Both the position numbers and the translations under genes were made by a program. From positions 1,472,001 through 1,536,000 of the forward strand of contig OZ218778.1 in the NCBI GenBank assembly GCA_965112635.1: 64,000 bases of DNA, written 5' to 3'. The notes beneath the pieces are model-generated. The model was not told the origin of the DNA, ran no database searches, and was given only the letters and a program-made list of their open reading frames with translations. How positions within the stretch are numbered: position 1 is the first letter of the stretch; the number at the start of each line of letters is the position of its first letter. Below are positions 1 to 9,751 of the stretch, in pieces. This DNA comes from an uncultured bacterium. GTDB taxonomy: Bacteria; Oederibacteriota; Oederibacteriia; Oederibacteriales; Oederibacteriaceae.

Positions 1-8
1 AAAAGCAA

Positions 9-797
9 TTGCAGGTGGACGACATCGTGGATACCTACATCGTGACCGCAGAAAAGTATGAGCATAGCGCCATCTTCTGGCACGAAACCCCTGGACTTCA
101 TACTGACGTCACGGTTTTCATTGATAAGATCAGGCAGAAAACGGGTAAAAAATATTTCATCACCATGCACGGAGATCCCACCCTGTCTATCCCTTCTGGA
201 GAGCAGATGGAGGCCCTGTGTTTCAGACTGGCCGATGAACCGGAAAAGGTCAGGGCCGAGCTGGAGAAAGGGGTGAATGACCATCTGGAAAATGCCGCCC
301 GCCTAAAGAAACAGAAGGACGGCTTGGACGGGTTCACCCTGTGCTGTGACTACTGCTTTAACACGGGACCCTTTTTGAGCCCCAACCAGTTCAGCGAGTT
401 CGTGACCCCATACCTCAAAAAGGTCATCAAAGGTTACCGGGATATGGGCTACTACGTCATCAAACATACAGACGGTAACATCATGCCCATCCTGGACCAG
501 TTGCTGGAAGCCAACCCCCATGCCCTGCATTCCCTGGATCCCCAGGGAGGGGTGGATATGGCCGAAATCAAGAAAAAAGCCGGTGATAAGGTTTGTCTCA
601 TTGGTAATGTCAACTGCGCCTTGATGCAGACTGGGACCAAGGAGCAGGTCGGGGAATCGGTCCGCTACGCCCTCAAGCATGGCATGCCGGGTGGGGGATA
701 TATCTTTTCCACCAGCAACTGCATCTACACGGGTATGCCTTTGGAACGCTATGATTTAATGCTGGATATTTGGAGAAAAGAAGGGAATTACAAGTAA
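9..797 (+). CDS. Uroporphyrinogen decarboxylase / MtaA-CmuA methyltransferase family protein (probably 5'-truncated by window edge)
   Basis: Motifs CCDYCFNTGPFLSP, IKHTDGNIMPI, LDPQGGVD, CLIGNVN, GGGYIFSTSNCI typical of URO-D-family TIM barrels. Confidence 0.8.
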   Translation: MQVDDIVDTYIVTAEKYEHSAIFWHETPGLHTDVTVFIDKIRQKTGKKYFITMHGDPTLSIPSGEQMEALCFRLADEPEKVRAELEKGVNDHLENAARLKKQKDGLDGFTLCCDYCFNTGPFLSPNQFSEFVTPYLKKVIKGYRDMGYYVIKHTDGNIMPILDQLLEANPHALHSLDPQGGVDMAEIKKKAGDKVCLIGNVNCALMQTGTKEQVGESVRYALKHGMPGGGYIFSTSNCIYTGMPLERYDLMLDIWRKEGNYK

Positions 798-815
798 TTC
801 TGATGGAAGTCCGGC

Positions 816-2204
816 CTAAAGCAGCTTGAACTTTTCCCCCCGGTAGGGCACCACGACTCCCGTAAACCCAGCGGCTATCATTTTTTCCTGCAGGGCCAGG
901 GCCGCGGATTCTTCGCCGTGCACCAAAAAGGTCTTGACCGGTTTATGGTTCATCAGCTTGAAATAATTGATGATGTCGTTGTAGTCACCATGAGCGCTAA
1001 ATTCCTGCAGGCAGCGTACTTCGGCCAGCACTTCTTGCTCCTCTCCGTAGATCTTGACCTTTTTGATCCCGTCAGAAAGTCTGCGGCCAAGGGTGTTGGC
1101 AGCCTGGTAGCCCACGAACAGGATGATGTTCTTTGGATTGTTGAGCGAATATTTCAGGTGGTGCAGGATGCGGCCGCCTTCACACATTCCCGAGGCCGAA
1201 ATGATGACCACAGGCCCTTTCATAGTGTTGAGTTTTTTTGAGTCCTCTGGGTCCTTGAGGTAAGTCACCTCTTTGAGCGTAAAGGGATCCTGTCCCTTGT
1301 TGATGAGGATGTGTGTTTCGGTATTCAGGTCTACTTGGTATTTCTTGAAGATGTCAATGGCCTTGATAGCCAGAGGGCTGTCCACATAGATAGGGATTGA
1401 GGGGATTTGGTTGGCGTGCCTGAGGACCGACAAATAGTACAGCATTTCCTGGGTGCGGCCCACAGCAAAGGCCGGTATGATCAACCGCGACTTCCTCTTA
1501 TAGACATCATGGACAGCTGCGGCTAGGTCTGCGTTGGCCGAGGTCATGGGTTTGTGGGTCCGGTCGCCGTAAGTGCTCTCGCAGATAAAATAGTCTGCCT
1601 CCATAGTCTGATGGGGATTGCGCAAGAGGGGAATGCGGTTGCGGCCAATATCACCGGTAAAGTAGAGTTTACGCTCTTTCCCCAGGGCCAGGGAAACCAT
1701 GGCCGAACCAAGAATATGTCCGGCCTCGTCGAAATGGGCGGTCACTTGCGACAGGGGAGAAAAGTTCGTTTCATAATCCACGGGTTCGAAATAGGGAAAA
1801 CAGGCCTGGGCCTCTTCGGTGGTGTAGAGCGGCTCTATGGGAGTGCCGCCTTTTTGCAGGATGCGTTTGTTGAGGAACAGGGCGTCAGATTCCTGGATGT
1901 GGGCGCTGTCCAGCAGCAAAACTTGGGACAACTCCACGGTAGGCGGGGTGGCGTAAATCCTGCCTTTGAACCCCTGTTTGACCAGGGTGGGGAGGTTGCC
2001 GCAATGGTCCAGATGGGCATGGGAGAGGACCACGGCCTTGATCGAGCCGGGGTCAAAGGGGAAATGGGTGTTGATCTCGTTGGCTTCAGCCCGGTGGCCC
2101 TGGAAAATACCGCAGTCCAGGATGATGCTGCCCTCGGAACTTTCCAACAGATGCATGGAACCGGTCACGTTCCTCGCGGCTCCCCAGAACTGCAAATTGT
2201 ACAA
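816..2204 (-). CDS. MBL-fold metallo-hydrolase, beta-CASP RNase family
   Basis: GAARNVTGS, LSHAHLDHCG (HxHxDH), AGHILGS, ESTYGDR, PAFAVGRTQE, FSAHGD, LVHGE; RBS GGAGG before TTG start. Confidence 0.92.
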   Translation of the reverse strand: MYNLQFWGAARNVTGSMHLLESSEGSIILDCGIFQGHRAEANEINTHFPFDPGSIKAVVLSHAHLDHCGNLPTLVKQGFKGRIYATPPTVELSQVLLLDSAHIQESDALFLNKRILQKGGTPIEPLYTTEEAQACFPYFEPVDYETNFSPLSQVTAHFDEAGHILGSAMVSLALGKERKLYFTGDIGRNRIPLLRNPHQTMEADYFICESTYGDRTHKPMTSANADLAAAVHDVYKRKSRLIIPAFAVGRTQEMLYYLSVLRHANQIPSIPIYVDSPLAIKAIDIFKKYQVDLNTETHILINKGQDPFTLKEVTYLKDPEDSKKLNTMKGPVVIISASGMCEGGRILHHLKYSLNNPKNIILFVGYQAANTLGRRLSDGIKKVKIYGEEQEVLAEVRCLQEFSAHGDYNDIINYFKLMNHKPVKTFLVHGEESAALALQEKMIAAGFTGVVVPYRGEKFKLL

Positions 2205-2369
2205 GGCACCTCCCGGGTTTCCCTGAAAAATTATTATTATGCGTTTCCCTGCAGGGATATCCCGCGCCGCAAAAGCTTTGCGGTGTTAGCAAATTAAATA
2301 TGCTGTAAGACTAACAAAAAGCAGGGGCCGGTGCAAGGCGGGAACAAACATCGGGAAAGCACCATTTTA

Positions 2370-2398
2370 TGGACTTAAAATTTTCCTCAAGGTATAAT
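2370..2398 (+). promoter_or_regulatory. Sigma70-type promoter for yebC-ruv operon
   Basis: TGGACT-17 nt-TATAAT upstream of RBS AGGAGG and yebC ATG. Confidence 0.6.
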
Positions 2399-2424
2399 GT
2401 CCCATCAAATTATAGGAGGTTTTA

Positions 2425-3177
2425 ATGTCAGGACATTCCAAGTGGGCCACCACCAAAAGGGCCAAAGCGATTGTCGATGCTAAAAGAGGGAAGACATTCA
2501 CCAAGCTCATCCGTGAGATGACCGTGGCGGCCAAGGTCGGCGGCGGTAATCCGGAAACCAATCCGCGTTTGAGGGCTGTGGTGGACAGGGCCAAAGAAGC
2601 CAGTATGCCCGCGGATAACATCAAGCGGGCCATCCAAAAAGGCACTGGCGAACTCCCCGGTACCACTTATGAGGAAATGGTTTACGAGGGTTACGGCCCG
2701 GGCGGCGTGGCTATGTTGGTCTGTGTGACCACGGACAACAAGAACCGCGCTATCAGCGATATCCGCTCCATCCTTTCCCGCCACAATGGAAATCTAGGCA
2801 GCACCGGTAGCGTCTCTTATCTTTTCAGCAGTAAGGGTTTCATCGTGGTGGAAAAAAGCAAGGCTTCAGAGGATGACCTGATGTCTCTGGCCTTAGACGC
2901 AGGAGCCGAAGATATGAAAACCGCGGAATCCACTTATGAGATCTATACCAAACCCCAGGATTTCGAAAAAGTCAAAAAGGCCTTGGCGGACAAGAAGATC
3001 GAGACGTCCGTGGCCGAGGTCAGCATGATCCCTTCCACCTATGTCCCCCTGCAAGGCAAACAGGCAGATCAGATGCTGGCCCTGATGGAAGAGTTGGAAG
3101 ACCATGACGATGTGCAGAACGTTTACGCTAATTTTGACATCCCTGATTCCGTGGTGGAAGCGGCAGCCAAACAGTAA
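2425..3177 (+). CDS. yebC: YebC/PmpR family protein
   Basis: MSGHSKWATTK, NPRLR, YEGYGPGG, TDNKNR, DDVQNVYAN; canonical position before ruvC. Confidence 0.97.
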   Translation: MSGHSKWATTKRAKAIVDAKRGKTFTKLIREMTVAAKVGGGNPETNPRLRAVVDRAKEASMPADNIKRAIQKGTGELPGTTYEEMVYEGYGPGGVAMLVCVTTDNKNRAISDIRSILSRHNGNLGSTGSVSYLFSSKGFIVVEKSKASEDDLMSLALDAGAEDMKTAESTYEIYTKPQDFEKVKKALADKKIETSVAEVSMIPSTYVPLQGKQADQMLALMEELEDHDDVQNVYANFDIPDSVVEAAAKQ

Positions 3178-3207
3178 TCCAACCAAGGACACGAAAGTCA
3201 AAAACGC

Positions 3208-3780
3208 ATGGTGATCTTAGGCATTGACCCTGGTACGGCCACGACCGGTTATGGACTCATCCGACTGAACGGCAACCATCTTTTTTACCTGGACCATGGC
3301 GTTATCCTGACCTCCCCTAAGACCCAGTTCGACCAGCGCCTTAGCCAGATCTACGATAACATCCAACACTTGATCCGCAAGTACCAGCCCGGCCTCATGG
3401 CCGTAGAGCAGATCTTTTTTGCCAAAAACGCCAAGACCGCCATGGCCGTAGGCCAGGCCCGCGGGGTGGTCCTGCTGGCCGCGGCCCATGCCGGGGTGGC
3501 TCTGGAGGAGTACACGCCATTACAAGTCAAAAAGACCATCACGGGGTTCGGGCAGGCGGACAAGGTGCAGATTCAGCGGACAGTCAAAGCTATGCTCGGC
3601 ATGCCCGAATTGCCCAAACCCGATGACGCGGCGGATGCCTTAGCCATTGCCTTAACCGCCCTGCACCATCATCCGGTGAGGGAGTTGGAAGCCTTGGCTG
3701 CCCAGAAGGCCGAGCAACAAACCGTGATGAGGGTCAAAATGCGAGGCCGCAGGAAAGGCTCAATAAGGAGAAGGAAATGA
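3208..3780 (+). CDS. ruvC: Holliday junction resolvase RuvC
   Basis: ILGIDPG, AVEQIFF, GQARG, YTPLQVKK, DDAADALAIA. Confidence 0.97.
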   Translation: MVILGIDPGTATTGYGLIRLNGNHLFYLDHGVILTSPKTQFDQRLSQIYDNIQHLIRKYQPGLMAVEQIFFAKNAKTAMAVGQARGVVLLAAAHAGVALEEYTPLQVKKTITGFGQADKVQIQRTVKAMLGMPELPKPDDAADALAIALTALHHHPVRELEALAAQKAEQQTVMRVKMRGRRKGSIRRRK

Positions 3781-4385
3781 TCGCCTTTATCAAAGGAAAT
3801 TTAGCTCAAAAGAGCAGCGACTCGGTTGTTATTGATGTGGCTGGGGTCGGGATGCGGGTCCTTGTGCCTTTGAGAACCGCCAAGTCCCTGCCTGCCGAAG
3901 GTGAAGAGATCACCCTGCAGACCTACCTGGCCGTCCGGGAGGACGCTCTAGTGTTGTACGGATTTTTAAACAAGGCCGAGCTGTCTTTTTTTGAAATCTT
4001 GATGACCGTCCAAGGGGTCGGCCCCAAGAGCGCTTTGAATATTTTGTCCGGGCTGGCACCAGGGGAACTAGCCAAGGCCATCCAGCAAGGCAATGTGGCC
4101 ATCTTGAGGAGCATCTCCGGAGTAGGGCCAAAGCTGGCCGAAAGGCTTGTAGTGGAGCTAAAAGACAAAGTCGCCGATCTCACGGGCAGAGTGGAAGGTG
4201 GCGTTTCGGTCAAAGAAATCACGGGTGATGACCGCTTTGACGAGGCCATGAACGGCTTAATGACCCTGGGTTTCCGCCAGCAGGAGGCCCGGGAAGCTCT
4301 GCAAAAAGCCCTCAAAAAATTACCCCCTAAATTTAAAGTGGAAGATTTGGTTAGAGAGGCGCTCAATAATGCCGCAAGGAAATAA
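3777..4385 (+). CDS. ruvA: Holliday junction branch migration protein RuvA
   Basis: MIAFIKG, VREDALVLYGF, GVGPKSAL, GVGPKLAERLVVELK; ATGA overlap with ruvC. Confidence 0.97.
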   Translation: MIAFIKGNLAQKSSDSVVIDVAGVGMRVLVPLRTAKSLPAEGEEITLQTYLAVREDALVLYGFLNKAELSFFEILMTVQGVGPKSALNILSGLAPGELAKAIQQGNVAILRSISGVGPKLAERLVVELKDKVADLTGRVEGGVSVKEITGDDRFDEAMNGLMTLGFRQQEAREALQKALKKLPPKFKVEDLVREALNNAARK

Positions 4386-4409
4386 CTGGGTAAGATTGGT
4401 AGAAAATTC

Positions 4410-5435
4410 ATGAAAGAAAACGAACGATTGATGGCAGGGTGGAGCACGCCCGAGGATAGCGAAACTGAAAAGGGTCTCAGGCCTCGTACCCTGAATGAAT
4501 ACATCGGCCAGAGCAAGATAAAAGAGAGCCTCAAAATCATGATGCAGGCGGCCAAAGCCCGTAAAGAGCCTTTGGAACACCTGCTTTTTTACGGCCCGCC
4601 GGGCTTGGGCAAGACCACACTGGCCTACATCATTGCCAATGAGATGAAGGTAGACATCCGAGTCACTTCAGGCCCGGTCATTGAGCGCGCCGGGGACCTG
4701 GCCGCGCTTCTCACAAACCTTTCGCCGAACGATGTGCTTTTTATCGACGAGATCCACAGGCTCAACCACACAGTCGAGGAGATCCTGTATCCGGCCATGG
4801 AGGACGGGGTGGTGGATATCATGACCGGCAAAGGGCCGGGGGCCAGGTCCCTGCGGCTCAACCTAAGTCCTTTTACCCTTATCGGCGCTACCACACGTGC
4901 AGGCATGATCACCGGGCCGCTGCGGGAGCGTTTCGGTATGACCCACCGCATTGATTTTTATGATGTTGAGGAGATCAAACAGATCATTTTCCGGTCGGCC
5001 AAGTTGCTCAAGGTCGAGGTGGAGGAACAGGGGGTCTTGGAAATAGCCCGCAGGTCGCGGGGCACGCCACGGGTGGCCAACCGTCTTTTAAAAAGGGTCA
5101 GAGACTGGGCTCAGGTCAAAGCCAAAGGCGTGGTGACCCTGGATGCGGCCAAAAAGGCTTTGAGTATGTTGGAAGTGGACGATCTGGGCTTGGATGCCAT
5201 GGACCGCAGGCTCCTGCTGACGCTTATAGAGAAATTCAAAGGCGGGCCGGTAGGGTTGGACAGCCTGGCCGTGGCTTTGTCCGAGGAAAGTGAAACTTTG
5301 GAAGATGTGTACGAGCCCTTCCTTATCCAGATTGGTTTCCTCCAACGAACCGCCAGTGGCCGCAGGGCTACAGACCTGGCTTACAAACACTTCGGCAAAA
5401 CCGCTTCCAAACAGTCCCAGGAAAAATTATTTTAG
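4410..5435 (+). CDS. ruvB: Holliday junction helicase RuvB
   Basis: [51 protein letters not shown]. Confidence 0.98.
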   Translation: MKENERLMAGWSTPEDSETEKGLRPRTLNEYIGQSKIKESLKIMMQAAKARKEPLEHLLFYGPPGLGKTTLAYIIANEMKVDIRVTSGPVIERAGDLAALLTNLSPNDVLFIDEIHRLNHTVEEILYPAMEDGVVDIMTGKGPGARSLRLNLSPFTLIGATTRAGMITGPLRERFGMTHRIDFYDVEEIKQIIFRSAKLLKVEVEEQGVLEIARRSRGTPRVANRLLKRVRDWAQVKAKGVVTLDAAKKALSMLEVDDLGLDAMDRRLLLTLIEKFKGGPVGLDSLAVALSEESETLEDVYEPFLIQIGFLQRTASGRRATDLAYKHFGKTASKQSQEKLF

Positions 5436-5444
5436 GATGGTTGT

Positions 5445-5669
5445 GTGCAGAAATTTGAACCAATAGCTAAAATGTTAATTTTTACGGGAGTGGCTCTTGC
5501 GGTCCTGGGTGCTGTTATTCTTTTTGCCGGCAAAATACCAGGAGCGGGGAAGCTACCGGGCGATTTTATGATAAAGAAAGGCAATTTTACCTTTTACTTT
5601 CCCCTAGCGACATGCCTTATCCTCAGCGTTATCCTCAGTTTTATCTTCTGGCTGCTGGGTAAAAAATGA
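5445..5669 (+). CDS. DUF2905 family small membrane protein
   Basis: GKLPGDFMIKKGNFTFYFPLATC signature, two TM helices, usual position between ruvB and spoIID. Confidence 0.88.
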   Translation: MQKFEPIAKMLIFTGVALAVLGAVILFAGKIPGAGKLPGDFMIKKGNFTFYFPLATCLILSVILSFIFWLLGKK

Positions 5670-6886
5670 CAAAGTGGACGCGTTTTAGGTTAGCGGTTTA
5701 CCTCCTTTTGGCAGGGTTTTTCCTCAGCCGCTGTGCTCCCTTGCCCGAGACCAGATATGTTCCGGTCAGCCCGGTTATCACTCCCAGCAAAGGCGTTCCT
5801 GCCCAACAACTTGCCAAACAGATCCTGATAAAGGTCTCTATTCTCCATGCCGAAAACAACCTGTCGTTCAAAGTGGGTCCTAGCCCGGCGATGGTCCTTA
5901 AAGATAAAGGAAGCCGGGAGTTCACCCTGAAACCCGGGGCCAATGTCATAGTATATTGGAGGCCCGAGGGTCTGCTGTTGCAGGGCTCGCCCTTTGCCGC
6001 GGCTAAAACCCTGAGGTTTAGACTGCAGCAGCCGGGAAGTTTCAAGATCAAAGGCCGTTACTATTCTGGAGATATAATCCTGGCATATGACAACTCCAGG
6101 AAACCGCTGATTATCGAAGAGGTCTCTCTGGAAAAATACCTCTACGGCGTCCTGGTGGGTGAAGTTTCCCAAAAATGGCCCCTGGAAACCCTGAAAGCCC
6201 AGGCGGTGGCCAGCCGGACCTTTGCCATTTACTCCATGCAGAAAAGCCAGGGCAGAGATTTTGACATTGAGAACGGGGATATGTCCCAAGTCTATGTGGG
6301 AGTGCCTTCAAGTATCGAGCCTGACCTGGAAAAGGCCATTGCCAGCACAACCGGGGTCATCATGCGCTATCAGGGACAGCCCATTGCGGCCTACTACCAC
6401 TCCACCTGCGGAGGCATGACCGAAGACGCCGCCAATGTCTGGTCCCAGGATATTCCTTACCTCCGTGGAGTGCCTTGCGGGTTTTGCCGGGACAGCAAAC
6501 ATTACTGGTGGAGCGCCAGCATTAATAAGGAAAGGATGTCAGGGATCCTTACCAAAAACCATCTGATTTCCGGAGCCTTGCAGGGGATGAGGATCGCAGA
6601 CCGGACCGTGAGCGGCCGGGTCAATAACCTGGAGGCTTTTACTGACAAGGGGCTGATCAGGATCAAAAGCTCCAGCTTCAGGCTGGCGGTCGGTTCTTCG
6701 GTTATCCGCAGCACTAATTTTGACCTATTTGACCGCGGAGATACCATTAAATTCGAGGGCAAAGGCTGGGGACACGGGGTGGGCCTATGCCAGAGCGGGG
6801 CGTATGGCATGGGCGTGGCCGGTTGGAACTACGCGCAAATCTTACAACACTATTACACCGGCATCGAAATAAGCAGAGTTTATTGA
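5666..6886 (+). CDS. SpoIID/LytB domain lytic transglycosylase, probable lipoprotein
   Basis: LEKYLYGVL..E, LKAQAVASRTFA, YHSTCGG, GWGHGVGLCQSGA, ILQHYY; N-terminal hydrophobic stretch ending in Cys. Confidence 0.92.
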   Translation: MTKWTRFRLAVYLLLAGFFLSRCAPLPETRYVPVSPVITPSKGVPAQQLAKQILIKVSILHAENNLSFKVGPSPAMVLKDKGSREFTLKPGANVIVYWRPEGLLLQGSPFAAAKTLRFRLQQPGSFKIKGRYYSGDIILAYDNSRKPLIIEEVSLEKYLYGVLVGEVSQKWPLETLKAQAVASRTFAIYSMQKSQGRDFDIENGDMSQVYVGVPSSIEPDLEKAIASTTGVIMRYQGQPIAAYYHSTCGGMTEDAANVWSQDIPYLRGVPCGFCRDSKHYWWSASINKERMSGILTKNHLISGALQGMRIADRTVSGRVNNLEAFTDKGLIRIKSSSFRLAVGSSVIRSTNFDLFDRGDTIKFEGKGWGHGVGLCQSGAYGMGVAGWNYAQILQHYYTGIEISRVY

Positions 6887-6969
6887 AAATGTTTTATCGT
6901 ACGCCGGGCCCAGACTTTTGCGGTATATTGTTAGGGGTATTCATTTTTACCTAAAGGAGGATTTCTCAA

Positions 6970-8181
6970 ATGAACATGAGCCAGACGATAGGTGTTGTTT
7001 GTTTTGTGCTGGTGGTCATTGGTTTATACCTTTTGTGGGGATATAAACCCCACCGGACCGTGACGGTTGAGGATGAACCAGGTTTGCGCCAAGCCGTAGA
7101 CCAGGCTAAGAACGGCGACGAGATCGTGGTGGCCGATGGTATTTATCACGTGAAAACCTTTCTCTGGCTGAGGAACGTGAGAAATATCGTTCTGAGGGGC
7201 GCTTCCGGTGACCCCCGCAAAGTTATCCTGAGGGGCGTGGGTTTTTACAAGACCATCCCGAAGATAGACAATTTTATCTTGTCGATCCAGGGCTGTACCA
7301 ATGTGACCGTGGAAGCACTTTCTTTTGAAGAGGCCCGGCATTTTGGCATCAAAATCGACGCGGGGACCAGGCCGCGAAACATCAACATCATCAACTGCCG
7401 TTTCCGAAACATCGGGGTCAGGCATATCAAGGGAACCTCCACGCCCAAACATGAAATGGCGGTCGGCGGGTCGGTCCGGAACTGTTATTTTGAAAACGAC
7501 AGCGACAAGGTGCCCCGCAAAGACTGGTATGACAAAGGCAACTATATCTCCGCTATCGACATGCAATGCCTGGACGGCTGGACTTTCAGCGACAACAAGT
7601 ACGTGAATATCAAGGGCCGTACCGGCGGGGGCCGGGCGGCAGTCTTTATCTGGGGCCACTCGCGGAACATCGTGGTCGAGCGCAATATCATCATCGGCTG
7701 CGACCGGGGAATCGCTTTTGGCAACCCCAGCGGGTCTCCCGTGGATGCCCCTTACAACCATGTGGCTTACGGGATATGCCGCAATAATTTCGTGGTCAAC
7801 CAGACGGACAGCGCCATTGAGCTGGCCTGGGTGCAGCATGTCAAGGTTTACAGCAATTCCTGCTGGAGGCCCGATGACAGCGGCCGGGGTATCCGGTGCA
7901 TCGAGCTGGTCAAAGACGCCAAGTTGATCAATAACCTGGTGCGGGGCAAACTGGAAATCATTGACGGGTGCGAAGGATCCAATAATTGCATCCATGCTCC
8001 AAGCAACTATTTTGTAAATCCCAAAAAAGGGGATTTGCACCTGACTTCTTTGGCTAGCGGGGCGATGGGAAAAGGGCTTGTGCTAGCCGAGGTTAAAGAA
8101 GACTTCGACCGCCAGCCGAGGAAGCCTACCCCTGATATCGGCGCGGACGAATATACTCCGGCCAATAAACATGGCCGGTAG
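6970..8181 (+). CDS. Membrane-anchored right-handed parallel beta-helix (pectin lyase fold) protein, copy 1
   Basis: N-terminal TM, GDEIVVADGIY, Asn-ladder repeats (NCRFRN, NCYFEN, RNIIIG), C-terminal GDLHLT...PDIGADEY (choice-of-anchor Q-like). Confidence 0.8.
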   Translation: MNMSQTIGVVCFVLVVIGLYLLWGYKPHRTVTVEDEPGLRQAVDQAKNGDEIVVADGIYHVKTFLWLRNVRNIVLRGASGDPRKVILRGVGFYKTIPKIDNFILSIQGCTNVTVEALSFEEARHFGIKIDAGTRPRNINIINCRFRNIGVRHIKGTSTPKHEMAVGGSVRNCYFENDSDKVPRKDWYDKGNYISAIDMQCLDGWTFSDNKYVNIKGRTGGGRAAVFIWGHSRNIVVERNIIIGCDRGIAFGNPSGSPVDAPYNHVAYGICRNNFVVNQTDSAIELAWVQHVKVYSNSCWRPDDSGRGIRCIELVKDAKLINNLVRGKLEIIDGCEGSNNCIHAPSNYFVNPKKGDLHLTSLASGAMGKGLVLAEVKEDFDRQPRKPTPDIGADEYTPANKHGR

Positions 8182-8211
8182 GCTGACCAAAGCTCTTTTC
8201 GGGGACTGACC

Positions 8212-8487
8212 ATGGCCACGCTGGAACAAAACTTAACCCAAGAGACCACGGCGCTGGACAACCCCTGGCAGGTGGTCCTTTATAACGACGAGGTCCACAC
8301 TTTTGACGAGGTCATCCTACAAATCCAAAAAGCAATTGGCTGTTCGCTGGAACGCGCCGAACAACTTACCCAGATGGTCCACAACAACGGCAGGGCCATC
8401 GTGTATATAGGAGAAAAGGAGCCGGCCGCCAAAGTTAGAACGGTTCTCCTGCAAATCAACCTGCAAGTTTTAATGGAGAGAACCTAG
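8212..8487 (+). CDS. clpS: ATP-dependent Clp protease adaptor ClpS
   Basis: WQVVLYNDEVHTFDEVI, VHNNGRAIV. Confidence 0.88.
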   Translation: MATLEQNLTQETTALDNPWQVVLYNDEVHTFDEVILQIQKAIGCSLERAEQLTQMVHNNGRAIVYIGEKEPAAKVRTVLLQINLQVLMERT

Positions 8488-8514
8488 GATGCATGGAAAA
8501 GAGGGAGGGGTTTT

Positions 8515-9705
8515 ATGAGCCTAAGCCAGATATGGGGTGTTGTGTGTTTCGCGATGGTGGTAGCCGGAACTTCTATGCTTTACGGTCAGCAAGACCACCG
8601 TGTGGTACAGGTCACGGATGAAACTGGTTTGCGCAACGCCATAGACCAGGTCAAAGGCGGCGACGAGATCGTCCTGGCCGACGGTGTATACGAGGTGAGC
8701 AAATTTCTCTGGCTGAAAAATGCGGAAAACATCATCATCAGAAGCGCTTCCCGGGACCCTAAAAAAACCATCCTGAGAGGCCAGGGATTTTATAAGGTAT
8801 TCCCCAATAGTGATATTTTGTGGATCGAGGGCTGTGCCAATGTGACCATCGAGGGGCTATCCTTTGAAGAGGCCCAGGATTTTGGCATCAAGATTTACGC
8901 CAGCTCAGAGCCAAAGAATATCAACATCTTGAGTTGCCGTTTTTTTAACATCGGGGTCAGGCATATCAAGGGGACCGCTTCGTCCAAGCATGAAATGGCC
9001 GTGGGCGGGTCGGTCCGGGATTGTTATTTTGAGAACACCGATATTCCTCCGAAAACTTGGCTGTTCGACGGCAACTATATCGCAGCTATAGACATGATGT
9101 GCCTAGACGGCTGGACCTTCAGCGACAACAAGTTCGTCAACATCAAAGGCGCCAGCGGAGGGGGTCGGGCCGCCATTTTCATCTGGGTCGAGTCGCAAAA
9201 TATCACGGTGGAACGCAATATCATCATCGGCTGCGACCGGGGGATCGCATTCGGCAACCCCAGCGGTTCCTCCAATTACGCCGCCAAACATGTGTCCGAC
9301 TCGATCTGCCGCGATAATTTTCTTTCCAATCAAGCGGACACCGGTATCGAGCTGGCTTGGGTCAGCAACGTTAAGGTCTATAACAACACCTGCTGGAGGC
9401 CGGACGAACATGGCAGTGCCATCCGGTGCGTCGAAAAAATTGAGGGCGTAGAGCTGGTCAACAACCTCACGCGCGGGAAACTGGAACTTAAAGAAGGGGC
9501 CGAGGATAATAATAATTTTGACCAAGCTTCGGACGATTATTTTGTGGATCCCCAAAAAGGAGACCTCCATTTGACTTCCTCAGCCGTGGGCGCTCTGGGC
9601 AAGGGGGTCAGCCTGCCTGAAGTCACGGAAGATATAGATAAACACCAAAGAAAGCCACAGCCTGATATCGGCGCTGCCGAATATGAGTCTTCCAGCACCC
9701 CTTGA
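8515..9705 (+). CDS. Right-handed parallel beta-helix protein, copy 2
   Basis: Colinear paralog of 6970..8181 (NIGVRHIKGT, KHEMAVGGSVR, CLDGWTFSDNK, GCDRGIAFGNP, PDIGAAEY). Confidence 0.8.
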   Translation: MSLSQIWGVVCFAMVVAGTSMLYGQQDHRVVQVTDETGLRNAIDQVKGGDEIVLADGVYEVSKFLWLKNAENIIIRSASRDPKKTILRGQGFYKVFPNSDILWIEGCANVTIEGLSFEEAQDFGIKIYASSEPKNINILSCRFFNIGVRHIKGTASSKHEMAVGGSVRDCYFENTDIPPKTWLFDGNYIAAIDMMCLDGWTFSDNKFVNIKGASGGGRAAIFIWVESQNITVERNIIIGCDRGIAFGNPSGSSNYAAKHVSDSICRDNFLSNQADTGIELAWVSNVKVYNNTCWRPDEHGSAIRCVEKIEGVELVNNLTRGKLELKEGAEDNNNFDQASDDYFVDPQKGDLHLTSSAVGALGKGVSLPEVTEDIDKHQRKPQPDIGAAEYESSSTP

Positions 9706-9751
9706 CTTTGAGTGGTTATATTGTCAGGGCTAGTCCTATGAGGGATGGAAC

